This document shows positions 1 through 8,586 of a stretch of DNA of 27,531 nucleotides, in pieces. Under the pieces are notes generated by a model. That model searched no databases. It was given only the letters and a program-made list of their open reading frames with translations, and was not told where the DNA came from. The stretch's first letter is position 1; the number at the start of each line of letters is the position of its first letter. Position numbers and translations under genes: made by a program. Source of the DNA: a virus (taxonomy: Duplodnaviria > Caudoviricetes); IMG/VR virus record IMGVR_UViG_3300032218_001387, positions 1 to 27,531 of that record. One strand, 5' to 3'.

Positions 1-428
1 GTTATCTAGCAACTACAATCTTTCCTTATATAAAAGAAGATCCATATTTAAAATCAAAAATTTCCGGAAATGTTTCTATACGTCTAATAGGTGCGTGGAT
101 TAATTTTCAAGAAAAATATGAATTTAATCCTCCTCACGACCACGATGGAGACTTGAGTTTTGTTATTTGGATTTCTATTCCTTACAATATAAATTCAGAA
201 TTAACAAACTCTCCTAGTGTTAAATCAAATTATCCGGTTGCAGGTCATTTTTCATTTTTATATACAAGTAGTTTAGGTGGAATAGCAGAACATCTTATCC
301 CAGCTGACCGAAGTATGGAAAATACTCTTTTAATTTTTCCAGCTTCATTAAAACATTGTGTTTATCCGTTTTATACTTCAGACGAATTTAGGATTAGTGT
401 GTCAGGCAATTTTGCAATAGATAAATAA
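1..428 (+). CDS. 2OG-Fe(II) oxygenase-like protein (TIGR02466-type), 5'-truncated by the window edge
   Basis: Frame is open from position 3. It reads WINFQEKYEFNPPHDH...LSFVIW...LLIFPASLKHCVYPF...RISVSGN, the HxH...H...RxS pattern typical of phage 2OG-Fe(II) oxygenases. Confidence 0.75.
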   Translation, partial: YLATTIFPYIKEDPYLKSKISGNVSIRLIGAWINFQEKYEFNPPHDHDGDLSFVIWISIPYNINSELTNSPSVKSNYPVAGHFSFLYTSSLGGIAEHLIPADRSMENTLLIFPASLKHCVYPFYTSDEFRISVSGNFAIDK

Positions 429-444
429 TATGTGATAAAGGTTA

Positions 445-493
445 GGTCGGCCATAAACGACCATTTGGGTATTTTGTCAGCCGTAAATGACAA
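445..493 (+). promoter_or_regulatory. Two tandem hairpins with near-identical 8-nt loops (GCCATAAA / GCCGTAAA) in the DNA polymerase leader; candidate translational operator
   Basis: GGTCG-gccataaa-CGACC (445-462) and TTGTCA-gccgtaaa-TGACAA (474-493), directly before the SD-like AGGAAG (495-500) and ATG 506. Confidence 0.6.
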
Positions 494-505
494 TAGGAAG
501 AATAT

Positions 506-3175
506 ATGAGTTATGTAGACGCATCGTGGGATCGCGACCAAGACATCGTTCGAGTTGTCGAACGCGATCCAAAGAAAGGCAGAATTTATCACGAGTATCC
601 TGCCAAATATCTATTTTATTATCCCGATCCTCGTGGCAAATATAGATCAATTCATGGCGAAAGTTTAAGTAAAGTTTCCTCCAAAAGTTGGAAGGAACAT
701 ACAAAAGAACAACGAATACACAGCAACCATAAACTTTACGAAAGCGACATTAATCCAGTATTCCGCTGCCTGGAAGAAAATTATCTAGGTAAAGATGCTC
801 CTAAATTAAATGTGGCATTTTTTGATATCGAAGTAGATTTTGATCCGGAACGAGGATATGCCAGTCCGGATGATGCGTTTATGCCAATCACAGCAATTGC
901 TGTACATTTACAATGGCTGGATACACTAGTATGTTTGGCTGTTCCTCCTAAAACATTAACTATAGAGCAGGCAGAAGAGCAAGTTAAAGAATTTCCAAAT
1001 ACACTGTTGTTTGAAACAGAACACGAAATGCTGGATGCATTTTTAAATTTAATCGACGATGCAGATGTATTAAGTGGCTGGAATTCAGAAGGGTTTGATA
1101 TTCCATATACTGTTAATCGTGTAACTAAAGTTTTAAGTAAAGAAGATACACGTAGATTTTGTCTCTGGGATCAAATGCCTAAAAAACGCGAGTATGAAAA
1201 ATATGGCAAAACTGCTGTTACATACGATTTAGTTGGGCGAGTGCATTTAGATAGCCTTGAATTATATCGGAAATATACTTACGAAGAACGACACACATAT
1301 CGATTAGATGCTATCGGTGAAATGGAAATCGGAGAAAGTAAAACAGTATACGAAGGTACCTTAGATCAGTTGTATAACAACGATTTTAGAAAGTTTATCG
1401 AATATAATAGACAAGACTGTTCGTTGTTAAACAAATTAGATAAAAAATTAAAGTTTTTAGATCTTGCTAGTACCATTGCACATGAAAATACTGTATTATT
1501 ACAGACAACTATGGGAGCGGTTGCAGTAACCGAGCAAGCAATTGTTAATGAATCTCACCATCGTGGATTAATCGTTCCTAGTCGCCCAAAACGCGATGAT
1601 GACATTAGTAATCAAGCAGCAGGAGCATATGTAGCATATCCTAAAAAAGGATTACACGATTATATTGGGTCTATGGACATTAATAGTCTATACCCCAGTG
1701 TTATTCGTGCATTGAATATGGGCCCAGAAACTATTATCGGGCAATTACGGCAAGATTATACTAAGACGGAAATCGAAGAGAAGATGTCCAAAGGAGCAAG
1801 TTTTGCTGCTGCTTGGGAAGGAAAATTCGGCAGTAACGAATACGAATTTGTCGTTAGTAAAGATAGAAGCCACGATATTCACGTAGATTGGGAAAACGGT
1901 GAGACTGATATTATGAGCGGTGCGCAAATCTATGAAGCAATTTACGAAAGTGGCAAACCCTGGATATTATCAGCTAACGGTACTATTTTTACATATGAGC
2001 ATGAAGGTATTATTCCGGGCTTGTTAAAGCGATGGTATGCCGAACGAAAAGAAATGCAGGCTAAATTAAAAGAAGCGCAAAAAGCGGAGAATAAAATTGA
2101 AGAAGAATATTGGGATAAACGTCAGTTGGTTAAGAAGATTAATCTCAACAGTTTGTATGGTGCTATTCTTAACGCTGGGTGCCGCTTTTTTGACAATAGA
2201 ATCGGACAATCAACTACACTCACAGGCCGTCAAATTGCTCGTCACATGGCTTCAAAAATCAACGAAGTAATTACTGGTGAATATAATCACTTAGGCAAAG
2301 CCATTATCTATGGCGATACTGATAGTGCGTATTTTAGTGCGTACAATACTTTGAAAAATGAAATTGTCAAAGGTGAAATTACGTGGGATAAGGATACAGT
2401 AATTAAGTTATATGATAGCGTGGCAGCAGAAGTAAATTCTACTTTTCCACAGTTTATGTTGGATGCATTCCATACTCCAAAATCACGCGGCGAAGTTATT
2501 AAAGCAGGACGAGAAATTGTTGCAATTAAAGGGTTGTTTATTACTAAAAAGCGATATGCTGTATTGTATTATGACAAGGAAGGTAAGAGATTAGATGTGG
2601 AAGGTAAGCCGGGTAAAATTAAAGCCATGGGGTTAGATCTTAAACGTAGTGATACTCCAGAATTTATGCAACGCTTCTTAGAAGAAGTATTAACTGAAGT
2701 ATTGAACAGCGGGGAAGAAACAGAGATTTTAGAGATGATCACTAAATTTCGAACTGAATTTAAAGCTCGGCCAGGTTGGGAAAAAGGAAGTCCAAAAAGA
2801 GCAAATAATATCACCGAATATCAAGAAAAAGAAAAGAAAGCAGGTAAAGCCAATATGCCTGGACATGTTCGAGCTAGTATTAATTGGAATACATTGCGTA
2901 AAATGAACGGTGACAAATATTCTATGCAAATTGTAGACGGTATGAAAGTTATTGTTTGTAAAGTTAAAGAAAATCCTTTAGGTTTTACCTCAGTAGCATA
3001 TCCGGTTGATGAATTAAGATTACCTAAATGGTTTCAAGAGTTACCATTTAATCATCAAGAAATGGAAACGACCATTATTAATAATAAATTAGAAAATTTA
3101 ATCGGCGTATTGGAGTGGGATTTACAATCCACTTTACAAAATAATACATTTGATAACTTCTTCAGCTTTGAATAA
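506..3175 (+). CDS. polB: Family B DNA polymerase with 3'-5' exonuclease domain
   Basis: Exo motifs FFDIEV, GWNSEGFDIPY, YNRQD; polymerase motifs DINSLYPS, KINLNSLYG, YGDTDS, KKRY. No intein evident. Confidence 0.97.
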   Translation: MSYVDASWDRDQDIVRVVERDPKKGRIYHEYPAKYLFYYPDPRGKYRSIHGESLSKVSSKSWKEHTKEQRIHSNHKLYESDINPVFRCLEENYLGKDAPKLNVAFFDIEVDFDPERGYASPDDAFMPITAIAVHLQWLDTLVCLAVPPKTLTIEQAEEQVKEFPNTLLFETEHEMLDAFLNLIDDADVLSGWNSEGFDIPYTVNRVTKVLSKEDTRRFCLWDQMPKKREYEKYGKTAVTYDLVGRVHLDSLELYRKYTYEERHTYRLDAIGEMEIGESKTVYEGTLDQLYNNDFRKFIEYNRQDCSLLNKLDKKLKFLDLASTIAHENTVLLQTTMGAVAVTEQAIVNESHHRGLIVPSRPKRDDDISNQAAGAYVAYPKKGLHDYIGSMDINSLYPSVIRALNMGPETIIGQLRQDYTKTEIEEKMSKGASFAAAWEGKFGSNEYEFVVSKDRSHDIHVDWENGETDIMSGAQIYEAIYESGKPWILSANGTIFTYEHEGIIPGLLKRWYAERKEMQAKLKEAQKAENKIEEEYWDKRQLVKKINLNSLYGAILNAGCRFFDNRIGQSTTLTGRQIARHMASKINEVITGEYNHLGKAIIYGDTDSAYFSAYNTLKNEIVKGEITWDKDTVIKLYDSVAAEVNSTFPQFMLDAFHTPKSRGEVIKAGREIVAIKGLFITKKRYAVLYYDKEGKRLDVEGKPGKIKAMGLDLKRSDTPEFMQRFLEEVLTEVLNSGEETEILEMITKFRTEFKARPGWEKGSPKRANNITEYQEKEKKAGKANMPGHVRASINWNTLRKMNGDKYSMQIVDGMKVIVCKVKENPLGFTSVAYPVDELRLPKWFQELPFNHQEMETTIINNKLENLIGVLEWDLQSTLQNNTFDNFFSFE

Positions 3176-3182
3176 AAAATTG

Positions 3183-3211
3183 TTGACAAATCGAATAAAC
3201 CTAAATAAAAT
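3183..3211 (+). promoter_or_regulatory. Sigma70-like promoter for the clamp/modification operon
   Basis: TTGACA (3183-3188), 17-nt spacer, TAAAAT (3206-3211), intergenic and upstream of SD AAAGGA and ATG 3231. Confidence 0.75.
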
Positions 3212-3230
3212 AACACAAAGGAAAAATAAT

Positions 3231-3962
3231 ATGAAAGACTTCTTACAAGATTTAGTATCACACACGCATAACTTAGGATTTTTAACAACCCTTAAGGTTA
3301 CTGCCACCGAAAAAGACACTGCTATCGAATCGATGGCTGAAGACCGTAGCGTTATTCTTAATGCAAAGACAAATGCCCCAATAGAGAATCTTATTGGTAC
3401 ATTTGGAATGCCTAATTTGAACAAATTAGATATTCATCTAAAGTGCCCAGAATATCAGGACGGTGCTAAGATTGAAGTTGTTCAAGCACAACGAAATGAA
3501 AAAACTATTCCAACCGGGTTGCATTTTGAAAACCTCAATGGCGATTTCGAAAATGATTATTTGTTTATGAATGAAGAAATCATTAATACTGCATTAAAGA
3601 CTGTAAAATTTAAAGGTGCTAAATGGGACATCGAAGTTGTGCCTACTGTAAACAGCATTGCTAAATTGCGGTTTCAAGCAGCAGCAAATAGTGAGGAATC
3701 AACGTTTCAAGTTTCTACAGATGACAACAAATTGGTGTTTAAGTTTGGTGATGCTAGCACACACGCAGGATCATTTGTATTTCAAGACGGCATCACTGGT
3801 AAACTAAAACAAAAGTGGTCATATCCTATAGATCATGTTTTAAAGATTTTAAATTTAACTGGGGATAAGATCATGCGCATTGCCGACGGCGGTGCTATGA
3901 ATATCACTGTAGATAGTGGCGTAGCACAATATGATTATGTGTTGCCTGCACAAAGCAAATAA
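3231..3962 (+). CDS. Probable DNA polymerase sliding clamp / processivity factor (243 aa; start moved to ATG 3231)
   Basis: Size of PCNA/gp45, beta-rich pattern, C-terminal AMNITVDSGVAQYDYVLPA strand pair, located right after polB. ATG 3231 has an SD and lies downstream of the promoter. Fold is inferred, not searched. Confidence 0.55.
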   Translation: MKDFLQDLVSHTHNLGFLTTLKVTATEKDTAIESMAEDRSVILNAKTNAPIENLIGTFGMPNLNKLDIHLKCPEYQDGAKIEVVQAQRNEKTIPTGLHFENLNGDFENDYLFMNEEIINTALKTVKFKGAKWDIEVVPTVNSIAKLRFQAAANSEESTFQVSTDDNKLVFKFGDASTHAGSFVFQDGITGKLKQKWSYPIDHVLKILNLTGDKIMRIADGGAMNITVDSGVAQYDYVLPAQSK

Positions 3963-5497
3963 TGAATACTGATCTAACAGCAGCCCAACTCGACTATGCG
4001 TATTTTCTGCCGGCAACGTCGGGATTTTATAGCACTTATATAGGAAAACAAAGATACGGTAATTATGTAGATCCCGCACGTATTCCTAAAAGTTTTAAAA
4101 ATGGTGTAGAAAGTCTCAATTATCTAGATCCGGATAAGGGTGCTTTCTATTACGATCATTGTTTATATAGTGCAGGTCACGCTAATTTAGATCTTAATAA
4201 GCAGGATGAAGGCGAAGATATGTTTCGCAATCGAAATCGTGCTACTAGTTGGGTATTAGGCGATTCAGGCGGATTCCAAATTGGTAAGGGCAAATGGGAA
4301 GGTGATTGGAAAGATCCTTCCTGTCCTAAAGCACAAAAGAAACGATCACAAGTATTAACTTGGATGGATGCGCTCATGGATTATGGAATGATTTTAGATA
4401 TTCCAGCATGGGTCTCTCGCAGTCCCGAGGGTGCTAAAGCTACAGGAATTAGCACATATGCAGAAGCAGTTAATGCTACCTTTATTAATAATGATTATTT
4501 TATTAAGAATCGCAATGGTAATTGTAAATTCTTAAATGTATTGCAGGGAGAAAATCATACTGATGCCGAAGGTTGGTATCAGCATATGAAGAAATATTCT
4601 GATCCTAAACAATATCCGGGCGCACACTTTAATGGGTGGGCAATGGGTGGACAGAATATGTGTGATGTTCATTTAGTATTAAAGAGATTAGTAGCATTAC
4701 GATTTGATGGATTATTGGAAGAAGGCCAGCAAGATTGGATGCACTTTTTAGGCACTAGTAAACTAGAATGGGCATTGTTACTAACAGACTTACAACGAGC
4801 TGTTCGCAAGTATCATAATCCTAAATTTAGTATTAGTTATGATTGCGCAAGCCCATTCCTAGCTACTGCTAATGGACAAATTTATGTACAGACAGAGATC
4901 ACAGATCGTGAAAAATGGCTATATAGAATGTTACCTAGTGTAGATAATAAAAAATATTCTCAGGATACTAGAACGTTCAGAGATGCTGTTTTACAAGATA
5001 AATTTTTTGAAAACTTTGAAGATAGCCCTATTATGCAAGGCGTCGAAATTAAAGATATTTGTATCTATTCTCCCGGCGACCTAAATAAGATTGGCAAGGA
5101 AGGTAAAACTTCTTGGGACAGTTTCACTTATGCTATTATGATGGGTCATAATGTTTGGACACATATTAATAGTGTGCAGGAAGCCAATCGTCAATATGAT
5201 GCAGGATTGTGCCCAGGAATGTTAGTTGATGAAAGATTTGATCGTGTCTTTTTTAAGGACATAGTCGATGCTATTTTTAGTACGAGTGATCGAGGCACCG
5301 CCGAAGCAATCATTGAAGAATTTAGTAAATTCTGGATGCGTATTCCGGGTACAAGAGGATATACTGGAAAGAGAACTGTTAACGCTAGCACAAAGGCCAA
5401 TGAATTTATCGATTTCGAAGGAAATCTTGTTATAGAAAAACAAGACAAGATCGAACAACCAAAAGTTGTGTTAAACGACGGACTATTTGAAATATGA
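3962..5497 (+). CDS. dpdA: TGT-fold (queuine tRNA-ribosyltransferase / DpdA-like) base-exchange transglycosylase
   Basis: TGT motifs in the expected order: GDSGGFQ, MILDIP, NVLQG, GWAMGG, MHFLG, SYDCASP (nucleophile-Asp position), GHNV. Clustered with queD/queE-like genes. Confidence 0.72.
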   Translation: MNTDLTAAQLDYAYFLPATSGFYSTYIGKQRYGNYVDPARIPKSFKNGVESLNYLDPDKGAFYYDHCLYSAGHANLDLNKQDEGEDMFRNRNRATSWVLGDSGGFQIGKGKWEGDWKDPSCPKAQKKRSQVLTWMDALMDYGMILDIPAWVSRSPEGAKATGISTYAEAVNATFINNDYFIKNRNGNCKFLNVLQGENHTDAEGWYQHMKKYSDPKQYPGAHFNGWAMGGQNMCDVHLVLKRLVALRFDGLLEEGQQDWMHFLGTSKLEWALLLTDLQRAVRKYHNPKFSISYDCASPFLATANGQIYVQTEITDREKWLYRMLPSVDNKKYSQDTRTFRDAVLQDKFFENFEDSPIMQGVEIKDICIYSPGDLNKIGKEGKTSWDSFTYAIMMGHNVWTHINSVQEANRQYDAGLCPGMLVDERFDRVFFKDIVDAIFSTSDRGTAEAIIEEFSKFWMRIPGTRGYTGKRTVNASTKANEFIDFEGNLVIEKQDKIEQPKVVLNDGLFEI

Positions 5498-6387
5498 ATA
5501 AAAGAAGTTTAGTTATTGGAATGGGGATCGGAAGACTTTATAAAGAAGTTTTAGAAAATTTAGGGTATGAAGTAATTACCGTAGATTTAAACCCCGACGT
5601 ACAAGCGATGTATACTGATATTACCGAATGTTTGAAAGAATATCCAAAATTTGATACAGTACATATTTGTACTCCAAACTTTACACACTATATAATTGCC
5701 GAACAAGTAGCAAACCAGACAGACATTGTATTTGTCGAAAAACCCGGAGTTAAAACTGCCAACGAATGGTTAGAATTAATATCTAAATATCCTAACACAC
5801 GATTTATGATGGTTAAAAATAACCAATATCGTGGAGAAGCATTAGACATAATAAAAGAATCAATTAAACAATCTAAATTAATAAATCTCCTATGGATTAA
5901 CAATGATCGTGTGCCTAATCCTGGAACTTGGTTTACCACTAAAGAATTAGCATACGGCGGCGTTAGCAGAGATTTAATGCCGCATTTATTAAGTTTGTTT
6001 ATAAAATTAGAACCTGATTATATGACTGCTGGTGTTAAAGAATATGCCAAATTACAGCAATGGACATTAGATCAAATAACTCATACTGACTACGGAATAA
6101 TTAAAAAAGATGGCATTTATGACGTAGATGATTATTGCGGATTTAAATTCGAAGTAAATGGAAGGATTTGGAATATAGTTGCCGATTGGAGAAGTTTAGA
6201 AGGAGATCGATCCCAAATCGTGTGTTCTACTCCTGGAATTGGTCAAGTAGATATTCTTGAGCTTGGATTATGTCATGAATCTGCTTATGAATCTATGATC
6301 GATACTGCCGTTAAAAATATCGATAATGATAAATTTTGGTTAGAACAACTTATACAAGATTATTGGATCCATAAGAGAATTGAATGA
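5494..6387 (+). CDS. Gfo/Idh/MocA family NAD(P)-dependent oxidoreductase
   Basis: LVIGMGIG Rossmann start, ICTPNFTH, FVEKP, GGVSRDLMPH motifs; ATGA overlap with the upstream gene. Confidence 0.88.
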   Translation: MNKRSLVIGMGIGRLYKEVLENLGYEVITVDLNPDVQAMYTDITECLKEYPKFDTVHICTPNFTHYIIAEQVANQTDIVFVEKPGVKTANEWLELISKYPNTRFMMVKNNQYRGEALDIIKESIKQSKLINLLWINNDRVPNPGTWFTTKELAYGGVSRDLMPHLLSLFIKLEPDYMTAGVKEYAKLQQWTLDQITHTDYGIIKKDGIYDVDDYCGFKFEVNGRIWNIVADWRSLEGDRSQIVCSTPGIGQVDILELGLCHESAYESMIDTAVKNIDNDKFWLEQLIQDYWIHKRIE

Positions 6388-7274
6388 AAGTAAGATTATT
6401 ACATACTATCGGTAATGGGTCATTTGAAGAAATAATCTGGGATAAACCAGATCCTGCAGAAAACGAAATCGAAGTTCGAGCAGTTATGACCGGAGTATGT
6501 CGTAGCGATATTGATATGATGCAGGGAAACTTTGGCCCACTACCGTTACATATGCAAGGCCACGAAGGATTAGGAATTGTTACTCGAATAGGCAATTCTA
6601 TAAACAATGTCGAGGTCGGCGACTGCGTTGCTACACGCGGTGAACCGGCATATGCGGATTATTATAATTGTCGAGAAAATGAATTTGTTGTAGTACCAGA
6701 ATTAGAACCTAAATATATTCTAGAACCAGTTGCGTGTGGTATTAACTGCGTTAACCAAGCCATTGATGAAATTCGTAAGAGAATAAATGGAAAATTTTTA
6801 ATTATCGGTAGTGGATTCCTTGCATGGGTTGTATATAACAATCTTATGCATTATTTTAAAGATATAACGATTGATGTAGTGGGAAGAAGCAACAAGGAAT
6901 TATTTGGAGATATATTGTTAGATATTCCAAACGGGTCATACGATGTTGTAATCGATTTAGGGTCTGGAACAGAAGTATTCGATCAGCCAATTTTAAACAT
7001 TAACGCATTAATTGTATTTGGAGTTGAAAAGACTATAACAACCAATTTCCAAAATCTGCTTTGGCGAGCATGTACTATGATTTTTCCAAGTCCACGTACC
7101 GACGGATTTACTCATTGTATGTTTGAAGCAAAAGATCTTATCGAATCCGGTAAATTAAACATTGACAAATTTTGGACTCAAGCGTATAATCGTAACACGA
7201 ACTGGAAACAAGCGTTTTTGGATGGCGCAAATCGTCCAAATGGTTATAGCAGAGGATATATTAAGTGGGATTGA
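6384..7274 (+). CDS. Zn-dependent medium-chain dehydrogenase/reductase (polyol/threonine dehydrogenase-like)
   Basis: GVCRSD, GHEGLG, LEPVACG catalytic-Zn motifs and IIGSGFLA nucleotide-binding loop. The four-Cys structural-Zn lobe is absent. Confidence 0.88.
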   Translation: MKVRLLHTIGNGSFEEIIWDKPDPAENEIEVRAVMTGVCRSDIDMMQGNFGPLPLHMQGHEGLGIVTRIGNSINNVEVGDCVATRGEPAYADYYNCRENEFVVVPELEPKYILEPVACGINCVNQAIDEIRKRINGKFLIIGSGFLAWVVYNNLMHYFKDITIDVVGRSNKELFGDILLDIPNGSYDVVIDLGSGTEVFDQPILNINALIVFGVEKTITTNFQNLLWRACTMIFPSPRTDGFTHCMFEAKDLIESGKLNIDKFWTQAYNRNTNWKQAFLDGANRPNGYSRGYIKWD

Positions 7275-7783
7275 ACACTGAAGAACGGTTGAAAACAACG
7301 TATTTCACCGGCTATGAAGTGGAACATACTGTATGCTATGGTATGTTTACTTTATTTGTTGTGGGTGTACAACCTGCTAAAGAGATTTTAGAATTGGCTA
7401 GTACGCATGATGTACAGCAAATTTACTTTGGTACTAGCCAAAGTTTTCCTAACATTAACATAAATGACGCCGAAGAATGGCAGAATTGGGAAACAATGAT
7501 TAAAGAATGTTTGGATAATGGTTACTGGTGTACATTAGATTTAGATGTTAAGCAAGCAGAAGGTCTATTAGAAAGTGGACTGTGTGAGCATAACCGATTT
7601 GTTCCGATGATCAGTGTTAAACTTCCATACATTCGTCAATTTAATTACAATACAACAATCAAGTTGGATGATAAGACTTGGGGTGCCACAAACACAGGAG
7701 TTTGGACGCATCAACTACACGATTTAATGAATAAAGACAAATATACTCATTGGGATCTATACACTAAGGATACGAATGTATGA
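7265..7783 (+). CDS. Hypothetical protein within the modification operon
   Basis: 172-aa ORF with GTG start, overlapping both neighbours; globular alpha/beta-like sequence with no motif I recognise. Confidence 0.7.
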   Translation: MGLNTEERLKTTYFTGYEVEHTVCYGMFTLFVVGVQPAKEILELASTHDVQQIYFGTSQSFPNININDAEEWQNWETMIKECLDNGYWCTLDLDVKQAEGLLESGLCEHNRFVPMISVKLPYIRQFNYNTTIKLDDKTWGATNTGVWTHQLHDLMNKDKYTHWDLYTKDTNV

Positions 7784-7956
7784 TTACTGCAAAAATTTCT
7801 AAAACTACACCGACTACTACTCTTACCGAAGATAAACTTTTCAAGTTACTTGAAAGTATCGATTGGAAGTTGTGGGAAATTATGAACATGATGAAGGATA
7901 ACCTTCCCGAAAAGGCTAAGACTGTTAAGGTCAAAGCTGTTAAGAAAGGCGCATGA
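7780..7956 (+). CDS. Small hypothetical protein (58 aa, not in ORF track)
   Basis: MITAKISKTTPTTTLTEDKLFKLLESIDWKLWEIMNMMKDNLPEKAKTVKVKAVKKGA; ATGA overlaps at both ends fill the gap exactly. Confidence 0.75.
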   Translation: MITAKISKTTPTTTLTEDKLFKLLESIDWKLWEIMNMMKDNLPEKAKTVKVKAVKKGA

Positions 7957-8327
7957 TGATTCAACCAGTTAATATGATTTGGGTAACCTTCCAAAAGGAA
8001 GGTATCCACTGTTATCCGGCTGCGGCAACAGATGTACGTCTAGAAGATGTGAGTTTTCTCGGATCGCCGCATCGCCATATTTTTCATTTTAAGGTTTGGA
8101 TTGAAGTTTTTCATGATGACCGAGATATCGAATTTATTCAGTTTAAACGTTGGCTTGAGCGATGCTATAATGATGGCACACTCGAGCTTAACTACAAATC
8201 CTGCGAGATGATTGCTCGTGACTTAAACACGACAATTACAGCAAGATATCCAAATAGAGATATTTGGATCGAAGTCAGTGAGGACAGTGAGAATGGCTGT
8301 TTCCTTACTTTTCCATCAACCCTTTAA
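7953..8327 (+). CDS. queD: QueD/PTPS-like T-fold protein (6-carboxytetrahydropterin synthase-like)
   Basis: H...HRH metal triad (GIHCY...PHRHIFH), DIEFIQFK, SCEMIA, IEVSED matching the QueD layout; 124 aa. Confidence 0.7.
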   Translation: MMIQPVNMIWVTFQKEGIHCYPAAATDVRLEDVSFLGSPHRHIFHFKVWIEVFHDDRDIEFIQFKRWLERCYNDGTLELNYKSCEMIARDLNTTITARYPNRDIWIEVSEDSENGCFLTFPSTL

Positions 8328-8343
8328 TAAAAGGATATAAATC

Positions 8344-8586
8344 ATGGCAACCCCTGCCTACATTCAGAAGAGCCTGCGTATGAAGCCCGAAGTTACTCGG
8401 ATCTATGACGATTTGGAAGCATGGTTGGATCATTGTAGATTCAACTTAATGCCTTTTAATCCTGCGGACTTATACAAGTCTAAGGAATATAAGGACTTTC
8501 AGCGTCAGTCTGAATATCTTCAACGTAAGGCTCGTCGAGCTGCCGAAGGTAAACCAGAGCCGGCTCGGCGTCCTAAGGCTCGTTAA
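8344..8586 (+). CDS. Small hypothetical protein with basic C-terminus
   Basis: SD AAAGGA upstream; 80 aa; K/R-rich tail; stop overlaps the next start. Confidence 0.75.
   Translation: MATPAYIQKSLRMKPEVTRIYDDLEAWLDHCRFNLMPFNPADLYKSKEYKDFQRQSEYLQRKARRAAEGKPEPARRPKAR

Noticed and set aside
3150-3230. Longer N-terminus for the clamp-like ORF (similar extensions at 9656, 12135, 15329, 16181, 18379)
   Set aside because: Extensions overlap upstream genes or promoter motifs; downstream starts fit SD or stop/start coupling better.
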